Shown here piece after piece: positions 27,532 to 34,657 of a stretch of DNA of 60,616 nt; position 1 is the stretch's first letter; each line of letters opens with the position of its first letter. The translations under genes and the position numbers were made by a program. This DNA is from a virus (taxonomy: Duplodnaviria; Caudoviricetes): IMG/VR virus record IMGVR_UViG_3300037258_000413, positions 1 through 60,616 of that record, one strand, 5' to 3'. The notes below the pieces were generated by a model that saw only the letters and a list, made by a program, of their open reading frames with translations, was not told where the DNA came from and did no database searches.

Positions 27532-28089
27532 TTACGCGGCTGCGAGCAGGTGTGCGGTGCGCTTGTACGCCCGTGCGCCGGCCTCGAGGTCGGTCACGTC
27601 CGCGTACTTCATGGTGTGCCAGACCCGTCCGCGCAGGATGACGCGGCCGCCGTGCTCGGGTTCATCGCCGTGGTTGCGGCGGAACGTCTCGGCGACCTTC
27701 CGGCCGAATGCGGACTCGTACTTGCCGATGAACTCGTCGTCCAGGCCGAGCGAGACCAGGAACGCGCGGGCCAGTATCCGGCCGGAGTTCGCGGCGGCTT
27801 TCCGGGCGCGCTCATGGTGCCCGATCACGCGGGTGCCGTGCTCGGCCGCGACCTGGCGAGCCTCGACGCGAGCGGCTGCGCGACGCGCGGCCCGCCCGGC
27901 GAGCACCAGGCGCTGCTCGCCGGCGCGTGGCCGGTCGGCGGTCGGGCATATCAGCCGGGCGAGAGCCGAGGCGCGGATCGCCCAGCGGCGGCCGGCCTTC
28001 ACCGCGGCGAGCAGACCGGTCCGGCACCAGGCGGCGACGGTGTGCGCGGTGACGTGCAGGCGGGTGGCGGCTTCGGCAGTGGTGATCAT
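27532..28089 (-). CDS. Excisionase/MerR-like HTH protein with extra C-terminal domain
   Basis: ITTAEAATRLHVTAHTVAAWCRTGLLAAVKAGRRWAI. Confidence 0.85.
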   Translation of the reverse strand: MITTAEAATRLHVTAHTVAAWCRTGLLAAVKAGRRWAIRASALARLICPTADRPRAGEQRLVLAGRAARRAAARVEARQVAAEHGTRVIGHHERARKAAANSGRILARAFLVSLGLDDEFIGKYESAFGRKVAETFRRNHGDEPEHGGRVILRGRVWHTMKYADVTDLEAGARAYKRTAHLLAAA

Positions 28090-28098
28090 GATCGGCTC

Positions 28099-28251
28099 CT
28101 AGAAGCGGTACAGCAGGGTCGGGAGGGCCGGGGTGGTCGCGAGGATGATCGCCGCGGCGACCATCGCGAGCCGGATGAGCGTGGTGAGGCCGTCGATCCA
28201 GGTGAACTTCGTGTCGGGGCGTGGCGCGCGGCCGTAGGTTCGGGTGGTCAT
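28099..28251 (-). CDS. Small membrane peptide
   Basis: LIRLAMVAAAIILAT hydrophobic segment; packed in the operon. Confidence 0.55.
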   Translation of the reverse strand: MTTRTYGRAPRPDTKFTWIDGLTTLIRLAMVAAAIILATTPALPTLLYRF

Positions 28252-28252
28252 C

Positions 28253-28501
28253 TCAGAGGCCTGCGGTCTCGATGTAGGCGGCGATGTTGACGCGCACGAT
28301 GACCGGGTCAGTGAAGGTTGCGGGGGCGATCTCGAAGACGGCGCCAGCGTTGGTGACGTAGTCGCGCACCCATCCGGCGGCGTGCTCGACGGTCTTGAAC
28401 CGGACGCGGGCGGTGACGTCGGTGGCGGAGATGACGCGGCCGGCGCGCTCGGCGTCTTGGATGTTGGTGGTGATCTCGGTGAGTATTTCGGTGAGGCCCA
28501 T
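28253..28501 (-). CDS. Hypothetical protein
   Basis: GGGAG RBS. Confidence 0.65.
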   Translation of the reverse strand: MGLTEILTEITTNIQDAERAGRVISATDVTARVRFKTVEHAAGWVRDYVTNAGAVFEIAPATFTDPVIVRVNIAAYIETAGL

Positions 28502-28529
28502 CGTGTTCTCCCTGGGAGCGGCCCGTTTG

Positions 28530-28588
28530 TGTACATACATAAACTAGCGCTCGCGCCCGATCCGTGCAACCCTTCCCGTATGTACAAT
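28530..28588. promoter_or_regulatory. Divergent promoters with an inverted operator pair
   Basis: Minus-strand TTGCAC-17-TAGTTT (28569-28541); plus-strand TACAAT at 28583-28588; TGTACATAC (28530) and GTATGTACA (28578). Confidence 0.65.
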
Positions 28589-28594
28589 TACGAC

Positions 28595-28783
28595 GTGGGA
28601 AGACCAGCAACAGGCAAGACACCGCACCGCACCATCCGCGTACCAGACGAAGAATGGGAGGAACTCAAGGAACGAAGCGCCGGCGACGCCACCAGCCTCA
28701 TCCGACAGTTCATCCGCTGGTACCTGCGCCGGCCCGGCGCAAAGCTCCCCGTACGCCCGGACCCGAAAGAAGAGCGCCGATGA
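28595..28783 (+). CDS. Ribbon-helix-helix regulator
   Basis: GRPATGKTPHRTIRVPDEEW...TSLIRQFIRWYL. Confidence 0.85.
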   Translation: MGRPATGKTPHRTIRVPDEEWEELKERSAGDATSLIRQFIRWYLRRPGAKLPVRPDPKEERR

Positions 28784-29511
28784 CCGTCATGCGGATCCTG
28801 GCCCACGGCGGCCGGTTCCTGACCTACGACACCGACGACGTCGAGAACATCCAGCTCCAGACACCGCTCGACGCGATCGATATCACCAAGGACGGTGACA
28901 GGTTCGCCCGCTACAAGCCCGGCCGGGCGCACCTGGACCTGCACATCGACTTCAAGGAGGGCAAGCGGCCGCTCTGGCTCACCCCGGACAAGGCCGAGAG
29001 CGCCCAGAAAATCGCCGAGGGGCGCAAGGTGACGACGCTCCTCGAGGAGGCGCTACGCGAGGAGCTCGTGCCCGCGCACATCGTGTGGCGAATCGTGAAC
29101 CGGTTCGTGCACGGCAACCCCGACGGCCCAACCGCGCGTCCGCTGGACGAGATGCAGTTCCCGGCTGGCCAGAGCGAAGACGAGCGGATGGCCGGGATCC
29201 TCGAGTCGCTGCCGGACTTCTCGATCACCCTGGAAGGCACCCTTACCCTTACCGGCCCCGTCGACCTTGAGATCCTCACGCCACTACCGGGCCCGCAGAA
29301 GTGTGAGGCGTGGATCAACCTCCCTTCGCTGTACGACTCGCCAGTGCCCGGCGGCATCACCAACTACCGGCTGTACTGTGAAGTCCCGGCTGGCGGCCGT
29401 CATCCCGTCGTGACCGACGATCCGGACGACGTCGCAACGTCGCACGTCGTGCACCGGGCCAAGTCGATCTGGTGGGCAGCGCGCAGCACCCCGGAGGACG
29501 ACGATGACTGA
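28780..29511 (+). CDS. Hypothetical protein
   Basis: ATGA coupling. Confidence 0.7.
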   Translation: MTVMRILAHGGRFLTYDTDDVENIQLQTPLDAIDITKDGDRFARYKPGRAHLDLHIDFKEGKRPLWLTPDKAESAQKIAEGRKVTTLLEEALREELVPAHIVWRIVNRFVHGNPDGPTARPLDEMQFPAGQSEDERMAGILESLPDFSITLEGTLTLTGPVDLEILTPLPGPQKCEAWINLPSLYDSPVPGGITNYRLYCEVPAGGRHPVVTDDPDDVATSHVVHRAKSIWWAARSTPEDDDD

Positions 29512-29938
29512 CCACGAGCCCGGCGCCCACCCGCGCGACCCCCAACGACGCCCCGGGGAGAAAGACTCCGAGTACGCGCAGCGCGTGTTCGCCGCGCGCA
29601 GTAAAGCCTTCGGCACCGAGCTGGCCGCACGCGCGCAGGCCGAGCCTGTGTGGGAGGGCCAGGAGTGGGGATGGGAACCAGACGTGCCGCCCCCTACAGA
29701 CGCCGCGCCGATCGCCGAGAAGCGCCGTGAAGAGTTGCTCGCCTCCATCCGTGCGGTAGGCGGTGAATGGACCGGGTCGAAGGTCGCGCGCTGGTGGAAT
29801 CTGCGCTTCAACACCGAGATCACCCGCTACCGGGGCGACCAGCACCTGTTCATCCTCGCGGCGCACGGACACCTCGTGCAGACGCGGCCGCCGCGCGGGC
29901 GCACGTTCGTGCTCGCAGAGGTGGCCAAGGATGCCTGA
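29504..29938 (+). CDS. Hypothetical protein, possible C-terminal wHTH
   Basis: GGAGG RBS. Confidence 0.65.
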   Translation: MTDHEPGAHPRDPQRRPGEKDSEYAQRVFAARSKAFGTELAARAQAEPVWEGQEWGWEPDVPPPTDAAPIAEKRREELLASIRAVGGEWTGSKVARWWNLRFNTEITRYRGDQHLFILAAHGHLVQTRPPRGRTFVLAEVAKDA

Positions 29939-30374
29939 TCTGGTCGCGTTCCTCACCGCACGCTACGACGAAGAACAGGCGGCAGCGGAGGCCGCGACGC
30001 CGGGCGCATGGCTGGCTCTGGACGGCGGCGTGCAAGCCCTCGACGGAGGCGACGAACCCGAGTGGCCCGTCAGCGATACCGAGTCGGAGCGCAGCCGCGA
30101 GGACCGGGTCCATATCGCCTACTGGGGTCCGGCCCGCGTGCTCGCCGACCTCGCAGCCAAGCGGGCACGCCTCGCGATGTGGCAGGAAGCGCTCGACAAG
30201 CGCGCCAGGGCTACGAAGCTCAGCCGCTCGGACTCGGGGATGATGCGTCGCGCGGCGGACACGCTGCCAGCTCAGGCGAACGGCTTCTGCGAGGCAGTTC
30301 TCAAGATGGTCCAACTCGACGCCAGCGTCTACGCGGAGCATCCGGACTATCGGCGGGAATGGGCGGTCGCGTGA
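29931..30374 (+). CDS. DUF6221-like protein
   Basis: DLVAFLTARYDEE...HIAYWGPARVLADLAAKR...YAEHPDYRREW. Confidence 0.85.
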   Translation: MPDLVAFLTARYDEEQAAAEAATPGAWLALDGGVQALDGGDEPEWPVSDTESERSREDRVHIAYWGPARVLADLAAKRARLAMWQEALDKRARATKLSRSDSGMMRRAADTLPAQANGFCEAVLKMVQLDASVYAEHPDYRREWAVA

Positions 30375-30811
30375 TGGACCTCACCGAGTTCTTGACCGCC
30401 CGGTACGACGAGGAGCAGCAACTCGCGCAAGCGGCCGCACCTGGCCCATGGCACGTGGAACTGCTGGGCGCCAAGGGCTATCCCCAGCGCATCAGCAATG
30501 CTCAGGCGACCGTGATCGGCCAGACCTACACGAGTCCTACCTACGCGCCTGCTGGCGCCCGGCACATCGCGTATTGGGATCCGGCGCGCGTCGTGGCCGA
30601 CCTCGCGGCCAAGCGGGCCTTGATTCAGCTCGCCTTCCGATATGCCGCCGATTTCGACCAGCGATCGGGCTGCGGCCACACAGTCGAGCAGATCGCTACC
30701 GGAGCGTGCCCCTTCGTTGGCGAAATGGAATCGATGGATCTCCTGCGCCTTCTCGCCGCCCCGTACAGCGAGCACCCGGACTTCGACCCGGCATGGAGGA
30801 CCGATGACTGA
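30374..30811 (+). CDS. DUF6221-like protein (tandem paralog)
   Basis: DLTEFLTARYDEE...HIAYWDPARVVADLAAKR...YSEHPDFDPAW. Confidence 0.85.
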   Translation: MDLTEFLTARYDEEQQLAQAAAPGPWHVELLGAKGYPQRISNAQATVIGQTYTSPTYAPAGARHIAYWDPARVVADLAAKRALIQLAFRYAADFDQRSGCGHTVEQIATGACPFVGEMESMDLLRLLAAPYSEHPDFDPAWRTDD

Positions 30812-31115
30812 CTCGACCGGTCTGCGCAGCGTGCTCCTCATCGACGGCCCCTGCGCCGGCCAACTCGTCCAAGTGCCCGAGAAATGCCACTCGTGGGTGG
30901 TAGACGCCCCCCCGATCGAACTCGTGAATGCGCTCGGCACAGACGAGAAGCGGATGGAGGAGCTGGCGCCGCACATCGTCTATCGGTTTGAGCGCGTGCG
31001 TGGTTTCGGCCACGTGATCGAGGTCGGGTGGTCCGATCCCACCGCGCTGCCGTCGGCGTTGGATGTGGCCGACTACGTGCTGACCGACGCTGCGAAGAAG
31101 GCGCGGCGTGGCTGA
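30804..31115 (+). CDS. Hypothetical protein
   Basis: LIDGPCAG motif; GGAGG RBS. Confidence 0.65.
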   Translation: MTDSTGLRSVLLIDGPCAGQLVQVPEKCHSWVVDAPPIELVNALGTDEKRMEELAPHIVYRFERVRGFGHVIEVGWSDPTALPSALDVADYVLTDAAKKARRG

Positions 31116-31130
31116 CCTGGAGGCGAGCCG

Positions 31131-31337
31131 ATGAGCGGCCTGGATTGGCTGTGGTGGCTCCTGGGCGTGTTTGCCGTCCTGGGGGCGGTGAGCTTCGTGC
31201 GCGGGTATTGGTCCGGCGTGAAGCCGCACTGGCCGGAGATCCGGGCGGAGTTCCGGCTGCTGCGTACGGAGCTTCGTGAGCAGCGTGCGGATCGGCGTAC
31301 GGTGAAGCGGATCGAGAGGATGAAACGCCATGGCTGA
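31131..31337 (+). CDS. Small membrane protein
   Basis: N-terminal TM, GGAGG RBS. Confidence 0.6.
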   Translation: MSGLDWLWWLLGVFAVLGAVSFVRGYWSGVKPHWPEIRAEFRLLRTELREQRADRRTVKRIERMKRHG

Positions 31338-31629
31338 CCTCGCACAACGCTCCGCACTGCTGGACGACCCGGCGTACCAGCCCGAGCATCCGCCCATCGC
31401 CGGGCAGGTCCCGGACGTCGTCGCGAAGTGGGGTGCACCCTCGCAGCTGCGCTGGTTCCGGCGCTTCCGCACCCAACTCGCGCGCCGCCGCGACTGGGAC
31501 CGGTTCTACTGCCAGTCCGAGCGCCACCGTGGGCTGTGCTGCTCGTCCTGCGAGGAAGAGGGCGACTGGGGCGTGCAAGGCTGCGGTGACTACTGCTGCT
31601 GCCGGGATGAGGGGATTCGCGATGCCTGA
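31330..31629 (+). CDS. Cys-rich hypothetical protein
   Basis: C...HRGLCCSSC...CCC. Confidence 0.6.
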   Translation: MADLAQRSALLDDPAYQPEHPPIAGQVPDVVAKWGAPSQLRWFRRFRTQLARRRDWDRFYCQSERHRGLCCSSCEEEGDWGVQGCGDYCCCRDEGIRDA

Positions 31630-31900
31630 CCTGGACGCGGCGATCCGCGCGATGCTCGCCGGGACACGCAGCCCCGTCGCGATCATCGAGACGCCGGAGC
31701 CACTTAGCCCGGCCGAGTTTGACGGCCTGGTGGCCCGGTTCAGGGCCGCGCAGCTACGGCCGCACGAGGAGATCAAGGTCATCCCGCGGTCGCTGGTCGA
31801 CCGGATGGGCGACGCCCTACTCGCCGTCCTCGACGCCGACCCCACGACGAGACAGGTAGACGCCATCGCGAAGGCGTTCGGGATCGTGGTGGGTGAATAG
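31622..31900 (+). CDS. Hypothetical protein
   Basis: GAGGGG RBS; overlapping start. Confidence 0.6.
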   Translation: MPDLDAAIRAMLAGTRSPVAIIETPEPLSPAEFDGLVARFRAAQLRPHEEIKVIPRSLVDRMGDALLAVLDADPTTRQVDAIAKAFGIVVGE

Positions 31901-31956
31901 TGATTCACGAATCGTGAATCATGAATCGAGCAGCCGACCGACGACGGAGGATTGAG

Positions 31957-32352
31957 ATGACGAACATTCGCGAGTTCGAGCCCGGCACCCAGGAGGAGCG
32001 CGGCGCCATCGCCGTCCAGCGGTTCGCCGACCCTGCGCACCAAGCACCCCAGTTCAACTGGGACCACGACGAGTTCTGGCGCTTCGGCATCGCGCTCAGG
32101 CCCTCCGAGGGCGCACCGGCTGACGAGGTGTGGCTGCGGCTGCACGGCAACGCCGTCGAGCTCTACGGGGACGACGACACCATCCTGTCCACCGTGGCGA
32201 CGGAACTGCAGCAGATGGCTTCGAGCACGCACCCGTACGCGGTCCTGGCTGACGGCCGCACCGTGGCCGGGCTGAAGCCGGCGGACCTGTATAGCGGGGC
32301 GCCTCTCGCGGTGGCCGAAAAGCCGAATGCGTCCACGGGCGGCAACCGCTAG
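31957..32352 (+). CDS. Hypothetical protein immediately upstream of the Y-RNA array
   Basis: GGAGG RBS. Confidence 0.7.
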   Translation: MTNIREFEPGTQEERGAIAVQRFADPAHQAPQFNWDHDEFWRFGIALRPSEGAPADEVWLRLHGNAVELYGDDDTILSTVATELQQMASSTHPYAVLADGRTVAGLKPADLYSGAPLAVAEKPNASTGGNR

Positions 32353-32355
32353 GCT
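32350..32355 (+). promoter_or_regulatory. -10 element (TAGGCT) of the Y-RNA/TROVE unit
   Basis: TAnnnT hexamer 7 nt before the first paired base of RNA unit 1. Confidence 0.55.
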
Positions 32356-32362
32356 GCTCGCA

Positions 32363-32435
32363 GGCCCGGGTGCGCAGGCTTCCGATACTTCCCTTTCGAG
32401 GATTCTGATTCGGACGCCGCTTCGATCTCCGGGCC
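32363..32435 (+). ncRNA. Y RNA-like unit 1 (minimal, no tRNA-like domain)
   Basis: ggcccgg/ccgggcc terminal stem, GGTGCGCAG...TACTTC...GCTTCGATCTC scaffold. Confidence 0.75.
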
Positions 32436-32442
32436 GCGAACT

Positions 32443-32584
32443 TGGTGCTGCCGGGTGCGTAGGAGAGGGTTACTTCCTCTGCTAAAGGAGAGTTGCGGGT
32501 TCGAATCCCGTCGGTCTTTCGAGGCTGTAGCTTAATGGCAAAGCGCTTACGTTACCTTCACCGCTTTGATCTCCGGCGGCACCA
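32443..32584 (+). ncRNA. YrlA-like Y RNA unit 2 (permuted tRNA-like, with anticodon hairpin)
   Basis: tggtgctgccgg/ccggcggcacca stem; T arm gcggg-TTCGAAT-cccgt; UUCG-capped acceptor stem; D arm gctt-aatggca-aagc. Confidence 0.88.
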
Positions 32585-32611
32585 CCACCGGTAAACAACT
32601 GAATACAGCAC

Positions 32612-32722
32612 CCTCCCGGTGCGCAGACGACGCCTACTTCACAGGTTCGAATCCCGTACTGGCCCTCGGGCCGGTTCCCCCGCTGGCATGGGGGTTGGCG
32701 TAGTCGCTTCGATCTCGGGAGG
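32612..32722 (+). ncRNA. Y RNA-like unit 3 (T-loop kept, divergent D-like hairpin)
   Basis: cctcccg/cgggagg stem; GGTTCGAATCC; same scaffold motifs. Confidence 0.8.
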
Positions 32723-32732
32723 AACGGCATCG

Positions 32733-32881
32733 GGGGCGCCCGGTGCGCAGGTGACGGATACTTCCCGGAACCGAGGGTTGCGGGTTCGAGTCCCGCCCGG
32801 TCCGCCTCGTGCGGCCGGTAGCTCAATTGGCAGAGCATTGGTCTAACAGTTCCCGTCGCCGACTCAGATCTCGGGCGCCCC
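32733..32881 (+). ncRNA. YrlA-like Y RNA unit 4 (permuted tRNA-like)
   Basis: ggggcgcccg/cgggcgcccc stem; T arm gcggg-TTCGAGT-cccgc; D arm gctc-aattggca-gagc; anticodon stem accga/ttggt. Confidence 0.88.
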
Positions 32882-32918
32882 AACCCCCGCTCCTCCCCAT
32901 TCCAGAGGGAGTAGAGCA

Positions 32919-34502
32919 ATGAGCAAGTTCAACACCCCGGCCGCCAAGCCCGCGGTTCACTCGCCGATCGTCACCGAGACCACGCCGTCCGGCACCACCT
33001 TCGAAGGCGCCCCCGGTCACGCACGCGACGCCAAGTCCGAACTGTTCCTCCTCGCGGTCTCGAACATGGTCGGCGAGAACACCTTCTACGAGAAGGCCGG
33101 CGAGCGTGACGACCGGTTCGAGCAGCTCGTCCACCAGGTCGCCGTCGCCGATCCGGAGTGGTTCGGCCGGTTCGTGCCGTGGCTGCGGTCGGAGGCGAAC
33201 ATGCGCACCGCGTCCCTCGTCGCGGCGGCCGAGGGTGCCCGCGCGCTGCTCGCGGCCGGCGCGCCCGGCGGGCGCCAGCTCGTCGACGCGGCGTGCCAGC
33301 GTCCGGACGAGCCCGGCGAGCTGCTCGCCTACTGGACATCGCGCTACGGCCGCGTCCTGCCGAAGCCGGTCAAGCGAGGCCTCGCCGACGCCGCCGCACG
33401 CCTCTACACCGAGCGGTCGCTGCTCAAGTGGGACACCGCGTCGAAGGGCTACCGGTTCGGCGACGTCATCGACCTCACCCACCCTTCCCCTGCCGAGGAC
33501 AAGGCCCGCTGGCAGGGCGAACTGTTCGAGTACGCCCTCGACCGGCGCCACGGCCGCGACAAGCCGATCCCCGATTCCCTGGCGACGATCTACGCGCACG
33601 AGTCGCTCATGGCCACCCCGGTCGGCCAGCGGCGCGCATACCTCGCGCGGCCGGACGTCCGCGAGCGCCTGGCGCTGGCCGCGATGACGTGGGAGGGCCT
33701 GGCCGGCTGGTTGCAGGGCCCGATGGACGCCCAGGCGTGGGAGGCGGTCATCCCGTCGATGGGCTACATGGCGCTGCTGCGGAATCTGAGGAACTTCGAC
33801 CAGGCCGGGGTGAGCGACGCGGTCGCCGAGACGGTCGCGGCGAAGCTCGCCGATCCGGCGGAGGTCGCGCGGTCGCGGCAGTTCCCGTTCCGGTTCTACG
33901 CCGCGCACAAGAACACCGGGTCGCTGCGGTGGGGCCACGCGCTGGAGAAGGCGCTGCGCGCGTGCCTCGGGAACGTGCCGGCGCTGGCTGGGCGGACGCT
34001 GGTGTGTATCGACCAGTCGCCGTCGATGTTCCCGGGGTTCGGCTACTCGACGCCGAGCCAGTCGGACATCGCTCTCGCGGAGAAGGCGGCGCTGTTCGGT
34101 GCGGCGATCGCGCTGCGCGCGGAGAACGCCGACATGGTCGGCTACGGGTTCGACCACTACCGGGTGCCGGTCGCCAAGGGGGACGCGGTGCTGCAGGTGA
34201 TGTCGCGGTTCCGGATGGACAACGGCACGGACACGCCGCGGGCGATCGCGGAGAACTACCGCGGCCACGACCGGGTGATCGTGGTGACGGACGAGCAGAC
34301 CGCGTACTCGCGCGCGGGCCACAGCGCGGATGGGGCGGTGCCGTCGAGCGTGCCGGTCTACACGTGGAATCTGGGCGGCTACAAGCACGGGCACGCGCCG
34401 TCCGGCGCCCGTAACCGGCACACGTTCGGTGGTCTGACCGACCAGGCGTTCCGGATGATCCCGCTGTTGGAGTCGGGTCGGGATGGTGTCTGGCCGTTCT
34501 AG
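32919..34502 (+). CDS. rsr: TROVE-vWA protein, Ro60/Rsr ortholog
   Basis: ELFLLAV...TFYE, RPDEPGELLAY, LPKPVKRG, MGYMALLRNLRNF, SRQFPFRF, vWA MIDAS DQSPS, GTD, VTDEQ. Confidence 0.95.
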   Translation: MSKFNTPAAKPAVHSPIVTETTPSGTTFEGAPGHARDAKSELFLLAVSNMVGENTFYEKAGERDDRFEQLVHQVAVADPEWFGRFVPWLRSEANMRTASLVAAAEGARALLAAGAPGGRQLVDAACQRPDEPGELLAYWTSRYGRVLPKPVKRGLADAAARLYTERSLLKWDTASKGYRFGDVIDLTHPSPAEDKARWQGELFEYALDRRHGRDKPIPDSLATIYAHESLMATPVGQRRAYLARPDVRERLALAAMTWEGLAGWLQGPMDAQAWEAVIPSMGYMALLRNLRNFDQAGVSDAVAETVAAKLADPAEVARSRQFPFRFYAAHKNTGSLRWGHALEKALRACLGNVPALAGRTLVCIDQSPSMFPGFGYSTPSQSDIALAEKAALFGAAIALRAENADMVGYGFDHYRVPVAKGDAVLQVMSRFRMDNGTDTPRAIAENYRGHDRVIVVTDEQTAYSRAGHSADGAVPSSVPVYTWNLGGYKHGHAPSGARNRHTFGGLTDQAFRMIPLLESGRDGVWPF

Positions 34503-34520
34503 CGGCCGTCGTACTGGCTG

Positions 34521-34553
34521 AGCCTCCGTCACCACTGGTGGCGGGGGCTTTTT
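34521..34553 (+). terminator. Intrinsic terminator closing the Y-RNA/TROVE unit
   Basis: agcctccgtcacc-act-ggtggcgggggct followed by a T run. Confidence 0.85.
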
Positions 34554-34584
34554 GCTGCCCACTTCCCAAATGGTCTTACGCCTG

Positions 34585-34606
34585 TACCATTCGAACAGGC
34601 GTCCGA
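34585..34606 (+). promoter_or_regulatory. Structural-operon -10 (TACCAT) with adjacent LexA/SOS-like box
   Basis: TCGAAC-AGGC-GTCCGA at 34591-34606, one mismatch from actinobacterial TCGAAC-N4-GTTCGA. Confidence 0.55.
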
Positions 34607-34657
34607 TTAACGGACGGCATCGCCCGATAGTCAGCACAGACGGGAGGTGATGGTTCC

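Noticed and set aside
32443-32881. Canonical tRNA genes suggested by GGTTCGAATCC and TAGCTCAATTGG motifs
   Set aside because: T arms precede D arms, acceptor stems are loop-closed and no CCA follows the T arm; this is Y RNA topology.
32363-32881. CRISPR array suggested by recurring motifs
   Set aside because: The repeats are short, paired and degenerate with structured interiors; no cas genes.
32482-32919. ORFs overlapping the Y-RNA array (145 aa minus, 75 aa plus)
   Set aside because: They translate tRNA-like sequence (e.g. GFEPAT, GLEPAT), a known spurious pattern.
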